The notes under the pieces were generated by a model. That model searched no databases and was not told the DNA's origin. It saw nothing but the letters and a program-made list of their open reading frames with translations. From Octopus vulgaris (Eukaryota), in NCBI GenBank assembly GCA_951406725.2, contig OX597814.1, positions 86,862,001-86,926,000 of the forward strand: 64,000 nt of DNA, in the 5' to 3' direction. A program made the translations under genes and the position numbers. Shown piece by piece: positions 1 through 13,050 of this stretch; positions within the stretch are counted from its first letter, which is position 1; every line of letters starts with the position of its first letter.

Positions 1-384
1 ATTATTCTATCATTTGTTTCAGGTCCTAACTGAATATATCTATAAATGTATCTATTCATGTCAAAGGGACTTTGCTTCCTATCTTCTACAAGTTGTTGAA
101 AACTATACTTCATAATTATCAACTATAGTTGATCTTTGATAAGAATCTTTGGAGTCCAAAATTTAATCATTTCTACAGAATAAAATCTGGTGTCTGTTAA
201 TACCAGCTGATAATGTTTTATCTTTATAAAATATATCAAATAGCAAGGTCAAAGTACAAGCAATTTAATAGCAGACTGACAGGTGAAGTGCATCATTAAC
301 AGCAACATACATAAACATATACAATTGGCACATATAGATAATGATTTTGTACATAAGAGCTTATATGAAAATGTGTATGAGTGT

Positions 385-413
385 ACATACACACACACAC
401 GTTTGTATATACA

Positions 414-457
<44 letters not shown>

Positions 458-509
458 CTCACGTATGTTTATATACATATGTATGTGTGTGTATATATAT
501 ATGTGTTTT

Positions 510-575
<66 letters not shown>
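385..575. repeat. Compound (CA)n/(TA)n/(TG)n microsatellite, representative of dozens in the window
   Basis: Direct dinucleotide runs; they generate the spurious YIYI/CVCV/THTH ORFs. Confidence 0.95.
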
Positions 576-639
576 TGTGAACACATGCTTTCTTGATGAT
601 CAACTTCAGGAATAAATTTATGGTTATCTGAAACTGAAT

Positions 640-1030
640 AATTATCATAATAGAACAATAGGTAAACTTTATAATTCATCCAAAGCTGTTTGGGACCCCA
701 TGCTATGCGTCTGCTATGCAAATCGGGCTCACAACACATAACCTCACTGTAACACAATTACTTCTTGTCAACAGCCTCCGCTGTTTAATGTTATCTTATA
801 CAAATCAAAGAAAAAATATCCCATAACCTTCAAATGATATCTGGAAAAATTTCTTCAAGTGATACCAAGCAAACCACCTTATAATCAGGTCCATCTCAAT
901 CAACAACTCCCTACTTGAATGGGCTAGGATACAAACCAACTTGACTTAAAAAACAACTTAACAGATTCTATCAAATAGTGCTGTATTAAGTTAGGCATGA
1001 TCTGGGCCAATTTTGCCTGAAACATCTAAA
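640..1030 (+). mobile_element. Degenerate CR1/L2-type LINE 3' remnant
   Basis: Broken translation includes IPSKPP...NNSLLEW, resembling the C-terminus of CR1/L2 ORF2. Confidence 0.4.
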
Positions 1031-1320
1031 TTTATCAAAGTTTATACATGCATCCACCCACCCACCCATCCATCCATCCATCCATCCATCCATCCATCCA
1101 TCAGTCCATCCATCCACCTATCCACCTATCCATCCATCCATTCATTCATCCATTCTCCATTCAAACATATATATACATACATACATATACTTATATCTAC
1201 ATATATATCTATATACACACACACACATGTATTTATATGTATCTATTACGTACATACATATGTGTACGTTTGTTAGTATGTGTGTGTGTGTGTGTATATA
1301 TGCATGCTTTTATGTATGTA

Positions 1321-2112
1321 TCATCATCATCATCATTTAGCATCTGTTTTCTTTGCCGGCATGAGTTGGATGGTTTGACGAGCTGGCCAGCTGATAAGCT
1401 GCCCAGGTTCCATGTTTGTTTTGGCATGGTTTCTATGGTTGGATGCCCTTCCTAATGCTAACCACTTTACAGAGTATATTGGATGGTTTTACACAGTGCT
1501 GCCATGGATGTGTTTACATGGCACCAGTACAGGTTCTTTTTATATGGCACCACCACCCACTAGCTCAGAAGATAAGGAATACTGAGCCGGAGAGAGATGC
1601 AGGGGACAAGCATGTTTGTTTGTTTGTTTGTTTGTTTGTTTGTTTGTATGTATGTATGTATGTATGTATGTATGTATGTATGTATGTATGTATGTATGTA
1701 TGTATGTATGTATGTATGTATGTGTGTGTGTGTGTGTGTATGTGTGTATGTATGTATGTATGTGTGTATGTATATGTATGTATGTATGTATACATGCATA
1801 TATGCATGCATGCATGATTTGACTTAGTTTGATGTGTCTTCTCAAGCACAGCAAGCTGCCAGAAGTCTTGGTTCCCTGTCATCCTCTCTGTGAGGTCCAA
1901 CATCTTAAGATCCTTGGGTCTATTCCTTCCATATATTCCTTTCACAATTGATGCAATGGCCTTCATTCACATGCATTACATGACTGTATCAGCACAGTCT
2001 TCTCTCTTGCACAGTACATCTGATACCTCACATACCCAGTTTTTCACTCTGTTGTACACGCACACTGACATTACCCATCCAGTAGACTATACTGGCTTCC
2101 TTAATTTCGAGC
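1321..2112 (-). mobile_element. RTE-clade LINE 3' fragment with (GAT)n tail, interrupted by (TGTT)n/(TGTA)n repeats
   Basis: 1830-2110 is the reverse complement of the RTE ORF end at about 39500-39860; (TCA)n tail at 1321. Confidence 0.75.
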
Positions 2113-2135
2113 CTTATATAAATATATATATATAT

Positions 2136-2270
2136 ATATAAAATTTTTTTCGTAATGTGATAAAAAAACCTAGTCTGAGTAGATTTTAGAGCATTTATCT
2201 ATCTATAAATGTTCTAAAAATCTACTCACCCTTGGTTTTTTATTTCATTACAAAAAAAAAATTTTATATA
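2136..2270. repeat. Imperfect palindrome with about 60-bp arms
   Basis: aaaattttttttcgtaatg...gagtagattttagagcatttat pairs with ataaatgttctaaaaatctactc...cattacaaaaaaaaaatttt. Confidence 0.8.
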
Positions 2271-2609
2271 CACATGAAGACATATGACCAACGTTGAACC
2301 CCCTCTTCGCAAAATCACCGAACTTGGAACTTATCTATGGTCTATCTATAGCACTTATTCAGCATTACCTGACACCTTTGGGTCTCAATAACACCATTAC
2401 CTCTCATAACCTATATATATACATATATATGTATGTATATATGTGAGAAAAAATAAGTTCAAATTGAACAATTCAAACTTTTTGAGGAATCCAAAAATAG
2501 AGAAAATAATTTCCAATAAAAATTCATCATATTCATAAAAAATCAGCCAGAGCAAGTAGTAAGAATATGAAAATAACAATTGAAAGAGTTAGATCTCTAT
2601 ATATACATA

Positions 2610-2744
2610 TCTTTATATATAAAAGTCAAGTTGTGTGTCTGTCTCCTACGATTTAGATTCCCAACTACTCCCACATTTTGCGGTGCAGTTTAACCAAAAC
2701 CGGGTATCTTATAGTCGTGATTCATATCGAGCCCTTCTGGGTAT
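2610..2744 (+). mobile_element. 5' fragment of a non-autonomous Helitron (same family as 54381-54783)
   Basis: A|TCTTTATATATAAAAGT start; near identity to 54381-54517. Confidence 0.75.
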
Positions 2745-2913
2745 CTGTTGCGTTACCAACCTTGTCTCCACTCTTTTGCCTTTAAAAACCTACTTTGCTC
2801 TTGTTATCGTAAACATCTGCCTTTCACCATGTGCAACTCGTAAACACCAGTCGTTTTTTTCTCTATCCCTGTTGCCCGCTCTGGGATCTTTCTTTCCTCT
2901 CTCTTCCTTCTTT

Positions 2914-2953
2914 ATGTTTCCGACGAAGAGCTCCGCTCGAAACGTCATACCTC
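2914..2953 (+). ncRNA. Minimal hammerhead-ribozyme-like motif (Penelope pLTR type, variant core)
   Basis: CCGACGA-a-GAGC-tcc-GCTC-GAAACGTC. Confidence 0.5.
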
Positions 2954-3036
2954 CCTGCTTCCATTTCCTGAGCGCCTATTAATAATAATACTGTAATTGT
3001 TCCATTGTTGTTGTTTTTTTGTTTCCCGTTTGGATT

Positions 3037-3067
<31 letters not shown>

Positions 3068-3682
3068 AATACATCTATTTATATACATATACATATATAT
3101 GTGCAAATGTATACACACACACACACACATATAAGTGAAATAATAGTTTCACTTTTAATAGGGAAAGCATTAAAACTGAAAGTATTATCTTACATTACAA
3201 TAGAGATGTTATTGTTTCACTTTTGACATGTAACACTGAAATAGTGTAAGAGATAAGAGATTGCTCCAGGCTTGCATTAGGCAAGAAGTTTAAAACTTGT
3301 TGGGCCCATGACACTAAGTAAGGCACATGTAAAATTTGAATGAAATCAGTTGTTTAACTTTGTTTGTTGATGGGTGGGGGTTTGAGGCAGGAGGGGCATC
3401 TGGCTCTGGTGGGTGGGTGGGGGTCCACCTCAGCTGCTTCATATGACCCATGTGATCATGGATGCAGGGACGTAGGGATAGTGATGCTGATAATAATGAT
3501 GATAGTGATGATGGCACTGATATATCAACTACATAGATGTTATATTTTTTATCCAGACTGAGGTAGTGGAAGATATATCTGCATAATATAATAAAAACGA
3601 TAAGCACTTGGGTTCATAGATGCTAATAATATAGAAAAGGAAAGTTGTACCTAAACATCAGTATTGGTATTTATCTGCATGG

Positions 3683-4585
3683 GTGCTAGAAAAATATATA
3701 TACTCATAATTTTAGAAAATCAGCAGACAACTGAGTACAAAAATCTTGTTAATATCACAAATCAAATGACCAGTTGCTCAATCCCTACTCTCAATACAAT
3801 TTCTATGCTGTGTAAAACTAAACTTGTTGGAAGAAGAATTCTAATACTTGCATGAAATCAGGGTATGGCTAATAATCTACTTGCTTACACAAAACAGATG
3901 AGGGTGGTTGATTTGATAGGGCTGCAAGCAAACTGAAACTATCTGGAATTCCTTTTCTGTCTAAGATTTTTTCTACAGGCACTAACTTACAGATGTTCGA
4001 CCTGAACATCAACAGCATCAATCTCACCAGACTAGGATAGTTTGCATAGGTCATAGGTCTTCTTTAAAAAGTGGTCAAACCCTTAGAACTGTAAATGGGT
4101 GCAATTTTTTTTCAAATAGTTGACTGCTGTAGAAGTGGCTGCACTGTACATTTGATGTGTGTCTTGTTGGTTTACTGTGCCCTTTTCAACATTTACCCAA
4201 TCCATTTAATGCTATAGAAATTAAAATGAAGTAGCAGCCTTGTAAATATGGAGACTCTTGAAAGGGTTACTCAAATTCTCACATTTGTGCAAACACATAT
4301 ACACATGCATCCCATATTTGGGCATATTGGAAACTTACATGTCCTCCTATATACTCATACCCTCATATGCGTGTATGGGAAAGCATGTATTTGCTCACAT
4401 GAATATATTTATATAAAAAAGTTACTGGGCAACTAGCTCATAGGGTACTCGTTTTCATTTGTAAAAATAAAAAGTATTTCATTATCTTGGTTTATCAAGT
4501 AAATAGCAGGATTTAATCTGAAAAAATTAAGAGGTTACTATTTTTCTCCAGTGGAATTTTGTTTTTTTCTCTATTAAGTACTTAG
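3683..4585 (+). repeat. Copy 1 of a local duplication (copy 2 at 6305-7716)
   Basis: Near-identical sequence at offset 2622; ORFs 3869-4054 and 6491-6676 differ by one residue. Confidence 0.95.
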
Positions 4586-5824
4586 AAACTAGCATTAAGT
4601 ACTAATCTCATGAACTTGATTAGTTCATGAAGAGAGTATCTCAACTCATATATTGAAACATAAACACATATATACAATTACACAAAGAGACACATAGAAC
4701 ACACACACACACACACACACATTGATGAACAGACAAAGCTACAAAAATTCATGAACAGACAAAGCTACACAAAAATACACTTATACTAAAGCATTATTAC
4801 ATATATACAAGTGCACACATACCCACATGTACATAATAAACAACATAAACAAGCAGATAGAGTGAATAAGTAAAATTCTTGGAGTGTAACCTATCCTAAA
4901 TGACACACTTTTACATTAAAAAGTAATCCAACTGTGATAATCCCATATTTGGGTATATTAGAAACTACATTGTCCTTTGTATACAGTCTTTATTGAAGAA
5001 GTTAGGGTGTGACTTGGCATTTGTTATTCATTGGATTTTCTACTTTAATGAAACTACCTAATGATGATAATGATTACTATGATGTCCAGCTACTGCAGGC
5101 AAAACTGATTTTTTTTTTTATGAAGTAGCATAAAGTCAATATTTTAAAAGAATGGTGTACACTTAGTCTATTGAAGTTAATCCTAATGCTCTTTTTTTTT
5201 TTTTTGCCTTGAATCATAAAGCTCCAAGGAGTCTTATCCTTGATTATTATATTTTTAAGCGGATGAGGCAATTATACCTCTGAATAGGATATTGGTCAGT
5301 TGAGGGAGCTATTCCGATAGGGTTAATTTGAACTTAGCACTGTAATTCCACTGTGATTCTTTTACAGGCTGTGGTGAATTATATAATCTGTGCAATGATT
5401 TGGTTTCACTGTACTGTCACTACATATACAAGTGAATTGTATAGTCTGGCTGTATTTTATTTTAATTCTACTGTACTGTACATACACTCTATGTGCAACT
5501 ATTTTGTTTTAAAACTTATGAATTAATTCAAATATTATGAAAAAGTTGAAGAAGATATACGATGATGATGATGATATGTAAGTGTATGTGTGTGTCTTTG
5601 ACTCTGTGTTTCGCCCTCATCACTGCTTCACAACTGCTGTCGATTTATTTACACCCCCATAACTTACTGGTTTCACAAGAACAATCTAATAGAATAAGTG
5701 CCAGGCTTTAAAAAGCACTAGGCTGTGTCTCATATTTTTGTTTGCCCACTCAGTTGCATCTGTCAATTTATCTTTGTATGTGTGTATATATCTATATCTA
5801 TATCCGCACCATCCTCAACATTCA

Positions 5825-5968
5825 CTGGAGTGACTTTGTCACAAGCAGATCAGATTGGAGTCTGGTGCAGCCATCTGGTTTGCCAGACCTCAGTCAAATC
5901 GTCCAACCCATGCTAGCATGGAAAGCGGACGTTAAACGATGATGATCATGATGATGATGATGATGATA
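5825..5968 (+). mobile_element. RTE-tail short retroelement or RTE 3' UTR fragment
   Basis: ccatgctagcatggaaagcggacgttaaacgatgatg tail, shared with 26133-26170, 28555-28845, 39910-39955 and 51190-51350. Confidence 0.75.
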
Positions 5969-6079
5969 CATTTAGCTTCGTTAATTCAAGTCCATTAAAC
6001 CCAAAACTTGTCTACTGCAGCCCATGGGTCGGTGCAGTTTTGGTAGGCATTGACAAAAGATTTACAACCCTCCTGGATG

Positions 6080-6270
6080 ATGAGGAATGCCTTCTTGAGT
6101 GAGCAGGTGTTCGTGAACTTGTTCATCAAGTTCAACACAGCCATCCCTTCCAGTGCTGCAACTGAACGTATATTTTCTATGGGCAAAGACATCTAGAATG
6201 CCAAGAGATCATCCTTGTTTGGTGAAAATTTTAGTATGTTAATTTTCATGATGGGCAACATGAATCTTAT
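6080..6270 (+). pseudogene. hAT transposase C-terminal dimerisation domain remnant
   Basis: Translates ...VNLFIKFNTAIPSSAATERIFSMGKDI*NAKRSSLFGENFSMLIFMMGN, the hAT P-S-S-x-x-x-E-R-x-F-S motif. Confidence 0.85.
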
Positions 6271-6860
6271 CAACAAAATGGAGAAGAAGAGGAAAAATGA
6301 AATTGTGCTAGAAAAATATATATACTCATAATTTTAGAAAATCAGCGGACAACTGAGTACAAAAATCTTGTTAATATCACAAATCAAATGACCAGTTGCT
6401 CAATCCCTACTCACAATACAATTTCTATGCTGTGTAAAACTAAATTTGTTGGAAGAAGAATTCTAATACTTACATGAAATCAGGGTATGGCTAATAATCT
6501 ACTTGCTTACACAAAACAGATGAGGGTGGTTGATTTGATAGGGCTGCAAGCAAACTGAAACTATCTGGAATTCCTGTTCTGTCTAAGATTTTTTCTACAG
6601 GCACTAACTTACAGATGTTCGACCTGAACATCAACAGCATCAATCTCACCAGACTAGGATAGTTTGCATAGGTCATAGGTCTTCTTTAAAAAGTGGTCAG
6701 ACCCTTAGAACTGTAAATGGGTGCAATTTTTTTTCAAATAGTTGACTGCTGTAGAAGTGGCTGCACTGTACATTTGATGTGTGTCTTGTTGGTTTACTGT
6801 GCCCTTTTCAACATTTACCCAATCCATTTAATGCTATAGAAATTAAAATGAAGTAGCAGC

Positions 6861-8181
6861 CTTGTAAATATGGAGACTCTTGAAAGGGTTACTCAAATGC
6901 TCACATTCATGCAAACACATATATAATAATGATAATAATAATGAAATTAATTGTATACAGTGCTCAGGTGCACCACAACTTGTCAGAAAGTGCATATAAA
7001 GTACATGCAGTAATGTAGAAATGTCTGGAAAGCGAACAATGTATGAGTCAGATACATGCTTGTGTGTGTATGGAGGGGAGAAAATCAAGTGTAGTGTTGG
7101 CGAATCTCAGGAAGCATGGAAGTTTTGAAGGATGCAGTGCTCCGACAACTAACAACTGATGCCGGCAGTTTGTTCCATGCTTCAGCAACTCTCAGCGTGA
7201 AAAAATGTTTCCTGAAGTCATGGGAGCTGTGCTGTTTTCTTACTTTGTAAATATGTCCACGGGTGTTAGATGGGTGGAGTTTGAAAAGGTGCTCAGAGTT
7301 ATTGTTTGTACGATGGTTGATAATTTTATGGGTGTCTGCCAAGTCAGCCGCCAGACGTCGGAGTTTCAATGTGTCCATGCCCAGGGAAGTAAGGCGTTCA
7401 GGATATGGCAAATGCCTGATGGAGGGTATTCTTTTGGTTACACGTCGCATCCCATATTTGGGCATATTGGAAACTCACATGTCCTCCTATATACTCATAC
7501 ACTCATATGCGTGTATGGGAAAGCATGTATTTGCTCACATGAATATATTTATATAAAAAAGTTACTGGGTAACTAGCTCATAGGGTACTCGTTTTCATTT
7601 GTAAAAATAAAAAGTATTTCATTATCTTGGTTTATCAAGTAAATAGCAGGATTTATTCTGAAAAAATTAAGAGGCTACTATTTTTCTCAAGTGTTTTTTT
7701 CTCTATTAAGTACTTAAAAATCAGCCCTTTTTAGGCTCTTTGAAATTTAAAAAAAATAAAATCAACACATTTTTTAACTCTAAGCAGAAAAAAAAAAGCT
7801 ATAGTTTTTGTGTTCTAAAGCCCTCAAAAAAGCAAAAAAAAACCCCCTGATTTTATAGTTTTGACACTTTTTAATCCTTCAGTGTTTAAACAATCAAGAC
7901 CTCTAATTCCTCTATGAAATCTTGATAAACCAAGATAATGAAATACTTTTTATTTTAACAAATGAAAATGAATACCCTATGAGCTTGTTGCCCAGTAACT
8001 TTTTTATATAAATATATTCATGTGAGCAAATACATGCTTTCCCATACACGCATATGAGTGTATGAGTATATAGGAGAACACGTGAGTTTCTAATATGCCC
8101 AAATATGAGATGCCTGTATAAATGTGTTTGCACGGATGTGAGCATTTGAGTAACCCTTTCTAGAGTCTCCATATTTACAAG
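6861..8181. repeat. Long inverted repeat (about 260-bp arms; left arm interrupted by a LINE)
   Basis: 7921-8181 is the reverse complement of 6861-6923 plus 7447-7639, and of 4239-4499. Confidence 0.85.
6924..7446 (-). mobile_element. 5'-truncated CR1-type LINE with (TTA)n tail
   Basis: ORF 7085-7465: RRVTKRIP..LPYPERL..LKLRRLAADL..TRGH.YK..RKHFFTLRV..WNKLP; absent from the duplicate copy at about 4301. Confidence 0.9.
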
Positions 8182-10089
8182 AAAATAAAAAAATCAGGTT
8201 AGTGAACTCTTGTAGCTTTCAGATAATGTGAGGGCTTTCTTCCAGAAAGCACAGAACTGGGAGAAAAGCAAAATTCACTGAGGTGGCTGTCAACAGAAAA
8301 AATATTGACTTCCATAATGTGGAAAAATAAATGGAAGGAAAAAAGTTGGTAAATATTTCAGTGTGAATGCAAATAGCTGTTTTGTGGTAGCAGGGCATGC
8401 TAGAAATAGCAGCCAATCTTTCCTTTTCTGGAAAAAGGAGCCATTCACATGTGATTTTGATGTCACATTTGTTGAAGGCATGTAAAATAACCTGGAAAAG
8501 AAAAAAAAAAAATCTGCAAAACAAAACTTTTGGTTGGAAACTTTGAGATCCTCACCATTCCTCCAACCTTTCTTTTCTGGAAAAAAGTGGCTTGCGGAGG
8601 GCTAGGAGGTCATATACGTTGAATGCACCTGAGAAAAACTGTGGAAAAAAATTATTCCACACCAAGGTATGAAGTATTTACCAAAAGAATAAAATCTTGT
8701 ACCGATTATGCCTATATTTTAATTAATTCAAATTAATGTACCTCTTCTTAAAAAGTGGCAAAATTTTTGTCAGTTGCCATCTGAAATATTTTAGTAACAA
8801 ATCAAACAGGTGAGATGCATTTAAGAATTTCAATTTTAGTGTTTATCCATAATGTTATTGCTTTTACACCTGATAATTAAATTTATCTGCCCATAAAAGT
8901 CAAATTTTCTCAGCAAGATCAGCTAAAATTACATAACAGTAAACCAGTGGTATATAAAGCAGCCACTGATGAAATTTTAAATCTGTAGGTAAAAAATTTA
9001 CAAAGTTCAAGCAAATATTGTAGACACCCTCTTGAATCAGAATAATTCAAAATAACGTGAAGAAAGCATTACATTTGACAGATTAATATGAATACTTAAG
9101 ATGTTTTAGGTGTATTTTTACTTACACACACACATAACACTGCCTCACTCATTTGGGACTACATGTATGTTACTTTGACATCATCATTCCATAAAATTTG
9201 TTTATGGGAAGAAAAATATTGAAAAATATCAATAGATGTGTGAGTGAGAAAGAAACGAGACGGTAAGTTTTGGAGTGTGCTAGAAACAACAGCCGGATCT
9301 CCCTTAAATCATACATTTTCCTCTGAAATTATTAACAATTTTTTTTAAAACTGAAAATGTTTCTCTCACGCGTTTTAAGGGCATAGTGAAAAAAAAATAG
9401 CCAAAATTGTTTCAGACTGGGGTGGTGAGGAGGTGGCAGGAGCAAAAAAAAATTTTCAAAATTTTTTCCCACTTTTTTTGTGAAAAGATGCCTCCCATCA
9501 TTCTGAAGACTGGTGAAAAACATTGGAAAAAGTCCCTGTCAGGACGGAGAAATTCCAACTTATGTGGGCTGTCTGACCCAAAACTCCATTTTCCAGACCC
9601 CCCCCTCCCCATTCCCTTCCAAAAATTTTGCCTACAAATTTCTTTTTAATAGTAATCTACACTGTTTGAAAGGTATTTTATAAAATTTCATTAAGAAATT
9701 CCTATTTTCCAGAAAGTTACGTGAGGGAAAATGTTGGGTCCTGTAAATTTTCTGAAACTCCTCTCCTCAAACCCTCGGAAAATTTTTCCAATAAATCTAT
9801 ACATATACTCAACCTACAGGATATAAGCGATTATTCAGTGAAAGTTTTGTTAAAAAGTATCCATTTCTCTGGAATTTATGAAGCAACAAAGTCGTTGGGG
9901 TATTAAACTGTAGATATGCTTTTTTCAATAAAAAGTTAACATTAACAGATTAACATTAACTTCTGTTACATTTTCAAAGAATTAACGGATTAACGATTAA
10001 CGAAGTTAACTTTTTGGTTAATGGATTAATGATTAACAAAATTAACTTTTCGATTAACAGTGCCCACCTCTGTATATATGTATATATTT

Positions 10090-10320
10090 ATGTGTGTGTG
10101 TCTTTGTACCTGTGTTTGTTCCCCCACCATCACTTAACCAATGTTGGTGTATTTACGTCCCTGTAACTTAGCGGTTTGGTAAAAGAGACCAATAGAATAA
10201 GTACTAGGCTTACAAATAATACATCCTGGGGTTGATTTCTTCGACTAAAAATCCTCCAAAGTGGTACTACAGCATGGCTGCAGTTGAATAACTGAAACAA
10301 GTAAAAGAATAAAAGAAATT
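10090..10320 (+). mobile_element. 3' part of an abundant SINE (same family as 25673-26096)
   Basis: tttacgtccctgtaacttagcggtt...gaataagtactaggct...cagcatggctgcag...gaaacaagtaaaaga; other copies at 5580-5720, 19995-20200 and 20490-20710. Confidence 0.75.
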
Positions 10321-10324
10321 GAAT

Positions 10325-10394
10325 AGCTAGGAGGGTCCGTCCAAGTAAAATCGGAATCAAAGGGGCCATAGGTAAAAGATTGTTGAGAACCACT
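10325..10394. mobile_element. Terminus of a hAT-Charlie-type MITE
   Basis: Ends GTTGAGAACCACTG (reverse CAGTGGTTCTCAAC). Confidence 0.55.
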
Positions 10395-11195
10395 GATTTA
10401 GGTGGATATATTCTTGTTGATGTTATATTTCTATGTGTATTAGCTGCTCACTTAATGATCTCTCACATCAGAATTAGCCATCTGGAAATGATTGAAGTAT
10501 TAAGTTATTTATCTATATAGAGCTAAAAGTGATTTTAACCATTGAGAGTTAAGTCTCTTGACTATGCAGACACAGCATAGTACCAAAATTTGAATCATCA
10601 GTCCTTCAGCTGGTTGTACTAAACCTTACTGATTTGGTTGTCTACACTCTTGATAATCCATTAGATATTTAAATCTGACTTTCTCATCAGTAATTGCACC
10701 TATGGGTTTTGCAAAATACGACTCAACAGGCAATCTTCTTTTTCCTAGACATAAAAATAGTATCAAGCTGTTTAAAAGATACTGCTGCATCATGTAATAG
10801 TAAATAATTCCCTGTAATAAACTGAAGTTAATGGTTAAACGATATCAGTTATTCTAAGTTCTGTTTGCCATATACCCAACTCGTTAATTGGTTACATGTA
10901 TTTTATTGATTGGCTCAAATGTTCTATATTGAGATATTTCAAAGTAACAAAACTGCTAATAACAACCCAATGAGGGTGCCTCTATATGGCAACTTGCCCA
11001 GCTAGAATTAGCAGCTAAATCTTCCTCAACTCATATCTAACTATCTTAAAAGGAAAGGAGGTATTAGATAATGTGATCCTTATCTCAGAAAAAAAAAGAG
11101 TGAGGTAATTATACCTCTGAATAGGGTGTTGGTCTATTGAGGGAGATATTCCTATAGGAATAATAAGTGAAATACTTTTGATTATAGGTCTTCTC

Positions 11196-11379
11196 AAGAA
11201 GAAGAAGAAGAAGAAGAAGAAGAAGAAGAAGAAGAAGAAGAAGAAGAAGAAGAAGAAGAAGAAGAAGAAGAAGAAGAAGAAGAAGAAGAAGAAGAAGAAG
11301 AAGAAGAAGAAGAAGAAGAAGAAGAAGAAGAAGAAGAAGAAGAAGAAGAAGAAGAAGAAGAAGAAGAAGAAGAAGAAGA
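11196..11379. repeat. Pure (AAG)n trinucleotide repeat, about 61 units
   Basis: Uninterrupted run. Confidence 0.98.
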
Positions 11380-12834
11380 TTGCAGTTGCAGTAGAAAAAC
11401 ACAAATATTTAATCTTACCTTTGATGAATTATACAAAGCTATTGAAATAATAATTTGTTTCTTAGTCAAATGAATTCCAACTCTGTGTATTAAAATTTAC
11501 TTGAACTTTGTTACTCATCATTCTAACAGAATCATTTCCATTTTTGTTGCTGTAGTGGGGCTTAGATTCAAAACCACATCAGCTCAGTAATGAGAAATAG
11601 GCTACAACGTATCAAGTGATTAGCCCTGAATTCTGACCAATCATATTTCAGATGCATCATTTGAGTGTACAATTTCAAATGGAAATTTCCATGTGTGTCC
11701 TGTCAAAACATGGCCATAAATTGAGATGTGTACCACAATCAGTGCAAAGATTGAAAGAGGTTCCTGAGAGGACAAACAAACACAGGATTCTTCGTTGGAT
11801 GCTTGACCTTAAGTTAAAAGGAATCACTTTGTTTACTATGAGCACAATAGTCTCACTTCTCCAAGCATGTACACACAACATTAATTCTTACCTATCACCC
11901 CACATGATGATGTAGCTATCCAATTCTTGGTCAAAATACATATACAACTTACTACTGATAATCAATGATACAGCCTCCAGCAAGTAACAATTGTAATCAT
12001 TCATTTGGTTTTCATATGGGCAACAATATGCAGCAAAAATCAGTTTAAACCAAAATATTCTAATACCCATCAAATCAAAGTTATATTGTTATTACAATTG
12101 TTATACAAGATAAAAATAGAGTGATAGAAACATTTAAGAAAAGAAGGCAGACAAACACATATGTATCAATAATTGTTTAAAAAAAAAAAGATCAAAGGTC
12201 CTTTTTGAGCTATAGGCTCATAAGGCCACTTTCCCATATCTTGTGGCTTATATATTCCCTACTAGATAAGACACAAGTTCATTGTAAGATTACTCATTTT
12301 TGCCAGCTGAATAGAATAAAGCAACATAAAATGAAGTGTTTTGCTCAAGAACACATTTCACTGCCTAGTCCAAGAATCAAAACCATAATCTTATGATCAT
12401 AAGTGCAATACCCTAATCACTAAGCCACACACCTCCACAATTGTTTTGAACAGGATTAGAAAAAACGACATAGCATTTGAATGGACAAATGCTGGACTAT
12501 TGGTCCATCAGTAATATATTGCACTGGATATACTTGGCGGGAAGATGTGTATGTTACAGTTCCAACAATATTAATTCTACTGTGACTTCTCTGAAGCATA
12601 GTCAACCAAATTAAACAAGTCTTGCAAGTATATACAAGTATTGATATGGTAATATTAGAGTAGTGATTGAACTTTAACTGTTGAGTCAAAAAAACTTCTT
12701 CACTGAGTTGGAATAAGTAGCTAGCATATCTACATATCCTGATGGTTTCAGTATGTCAGTAACTATCCCCAACATGAAGCTTCCTCTTCCTTATAATCAT
12801 ACTGATAATGCTTGAACTAAACAGTTGATGGTTT

Positions 12835-13050
12835 AGAAATGTTAGCACACCGGGCGAAATGCTTAGCAGTATTTCGTCTGTTGCTACATTCTGAGTTCAA
12901 ATTCCGCAGAGGTCGACTTTGCCTTTCATCCTTTTGGGGTTGATTAAATAAGTACCAGTTACGCACTGGGGTCGATGTAATCGACTTAATCCGTTTGTCT
13001 GTCCTTGTTTGTCCCTTCTGTGTTTAGCCCTTGTGGGTAGTAAAGAAATA
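12835..13050 (+). mobile_element. tRNA-derived SINE with a Tx1-like 3' tail
   Basis: B-box-like GAGTTCAAATTCC; body gactttgcctttcatcc...taagtaccag shared with 59935-60135; tail matches 56727-56771. Confidence 0.8.

Larger units (their letters stand above)
5970..10072 (+). mobile_element. Internally deleted hAT DNA transposon remnant carrying nested sequence
   Basis: Right end GTGCCCACCTCTG (reverse CAGAGGTGGGCAC) with TTAACG/GTTAAC subterminal repeats at 9930-10060; related inverted motif at 5970-6005; transposase C-terminus at about 6080-6270. Confidence 0.55.

Noticed and set aside
283-1966. Many overlapping ORFs (YIYI, CVCV, THTH, HPSI)
   Set aside because: Translations of microsatellites; the same applies at 17337-18109, 26159-26824, 36544-37406 and 54819-55100.
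11015-11469. Poly-K/F/L/S ORFs
   Set aside because: Reading frames of the (AAG)n repeat.
11652-11915. Possible host exon after TTTCAG
   Set aside because: No recognisable domain, clear donor or partner exons.
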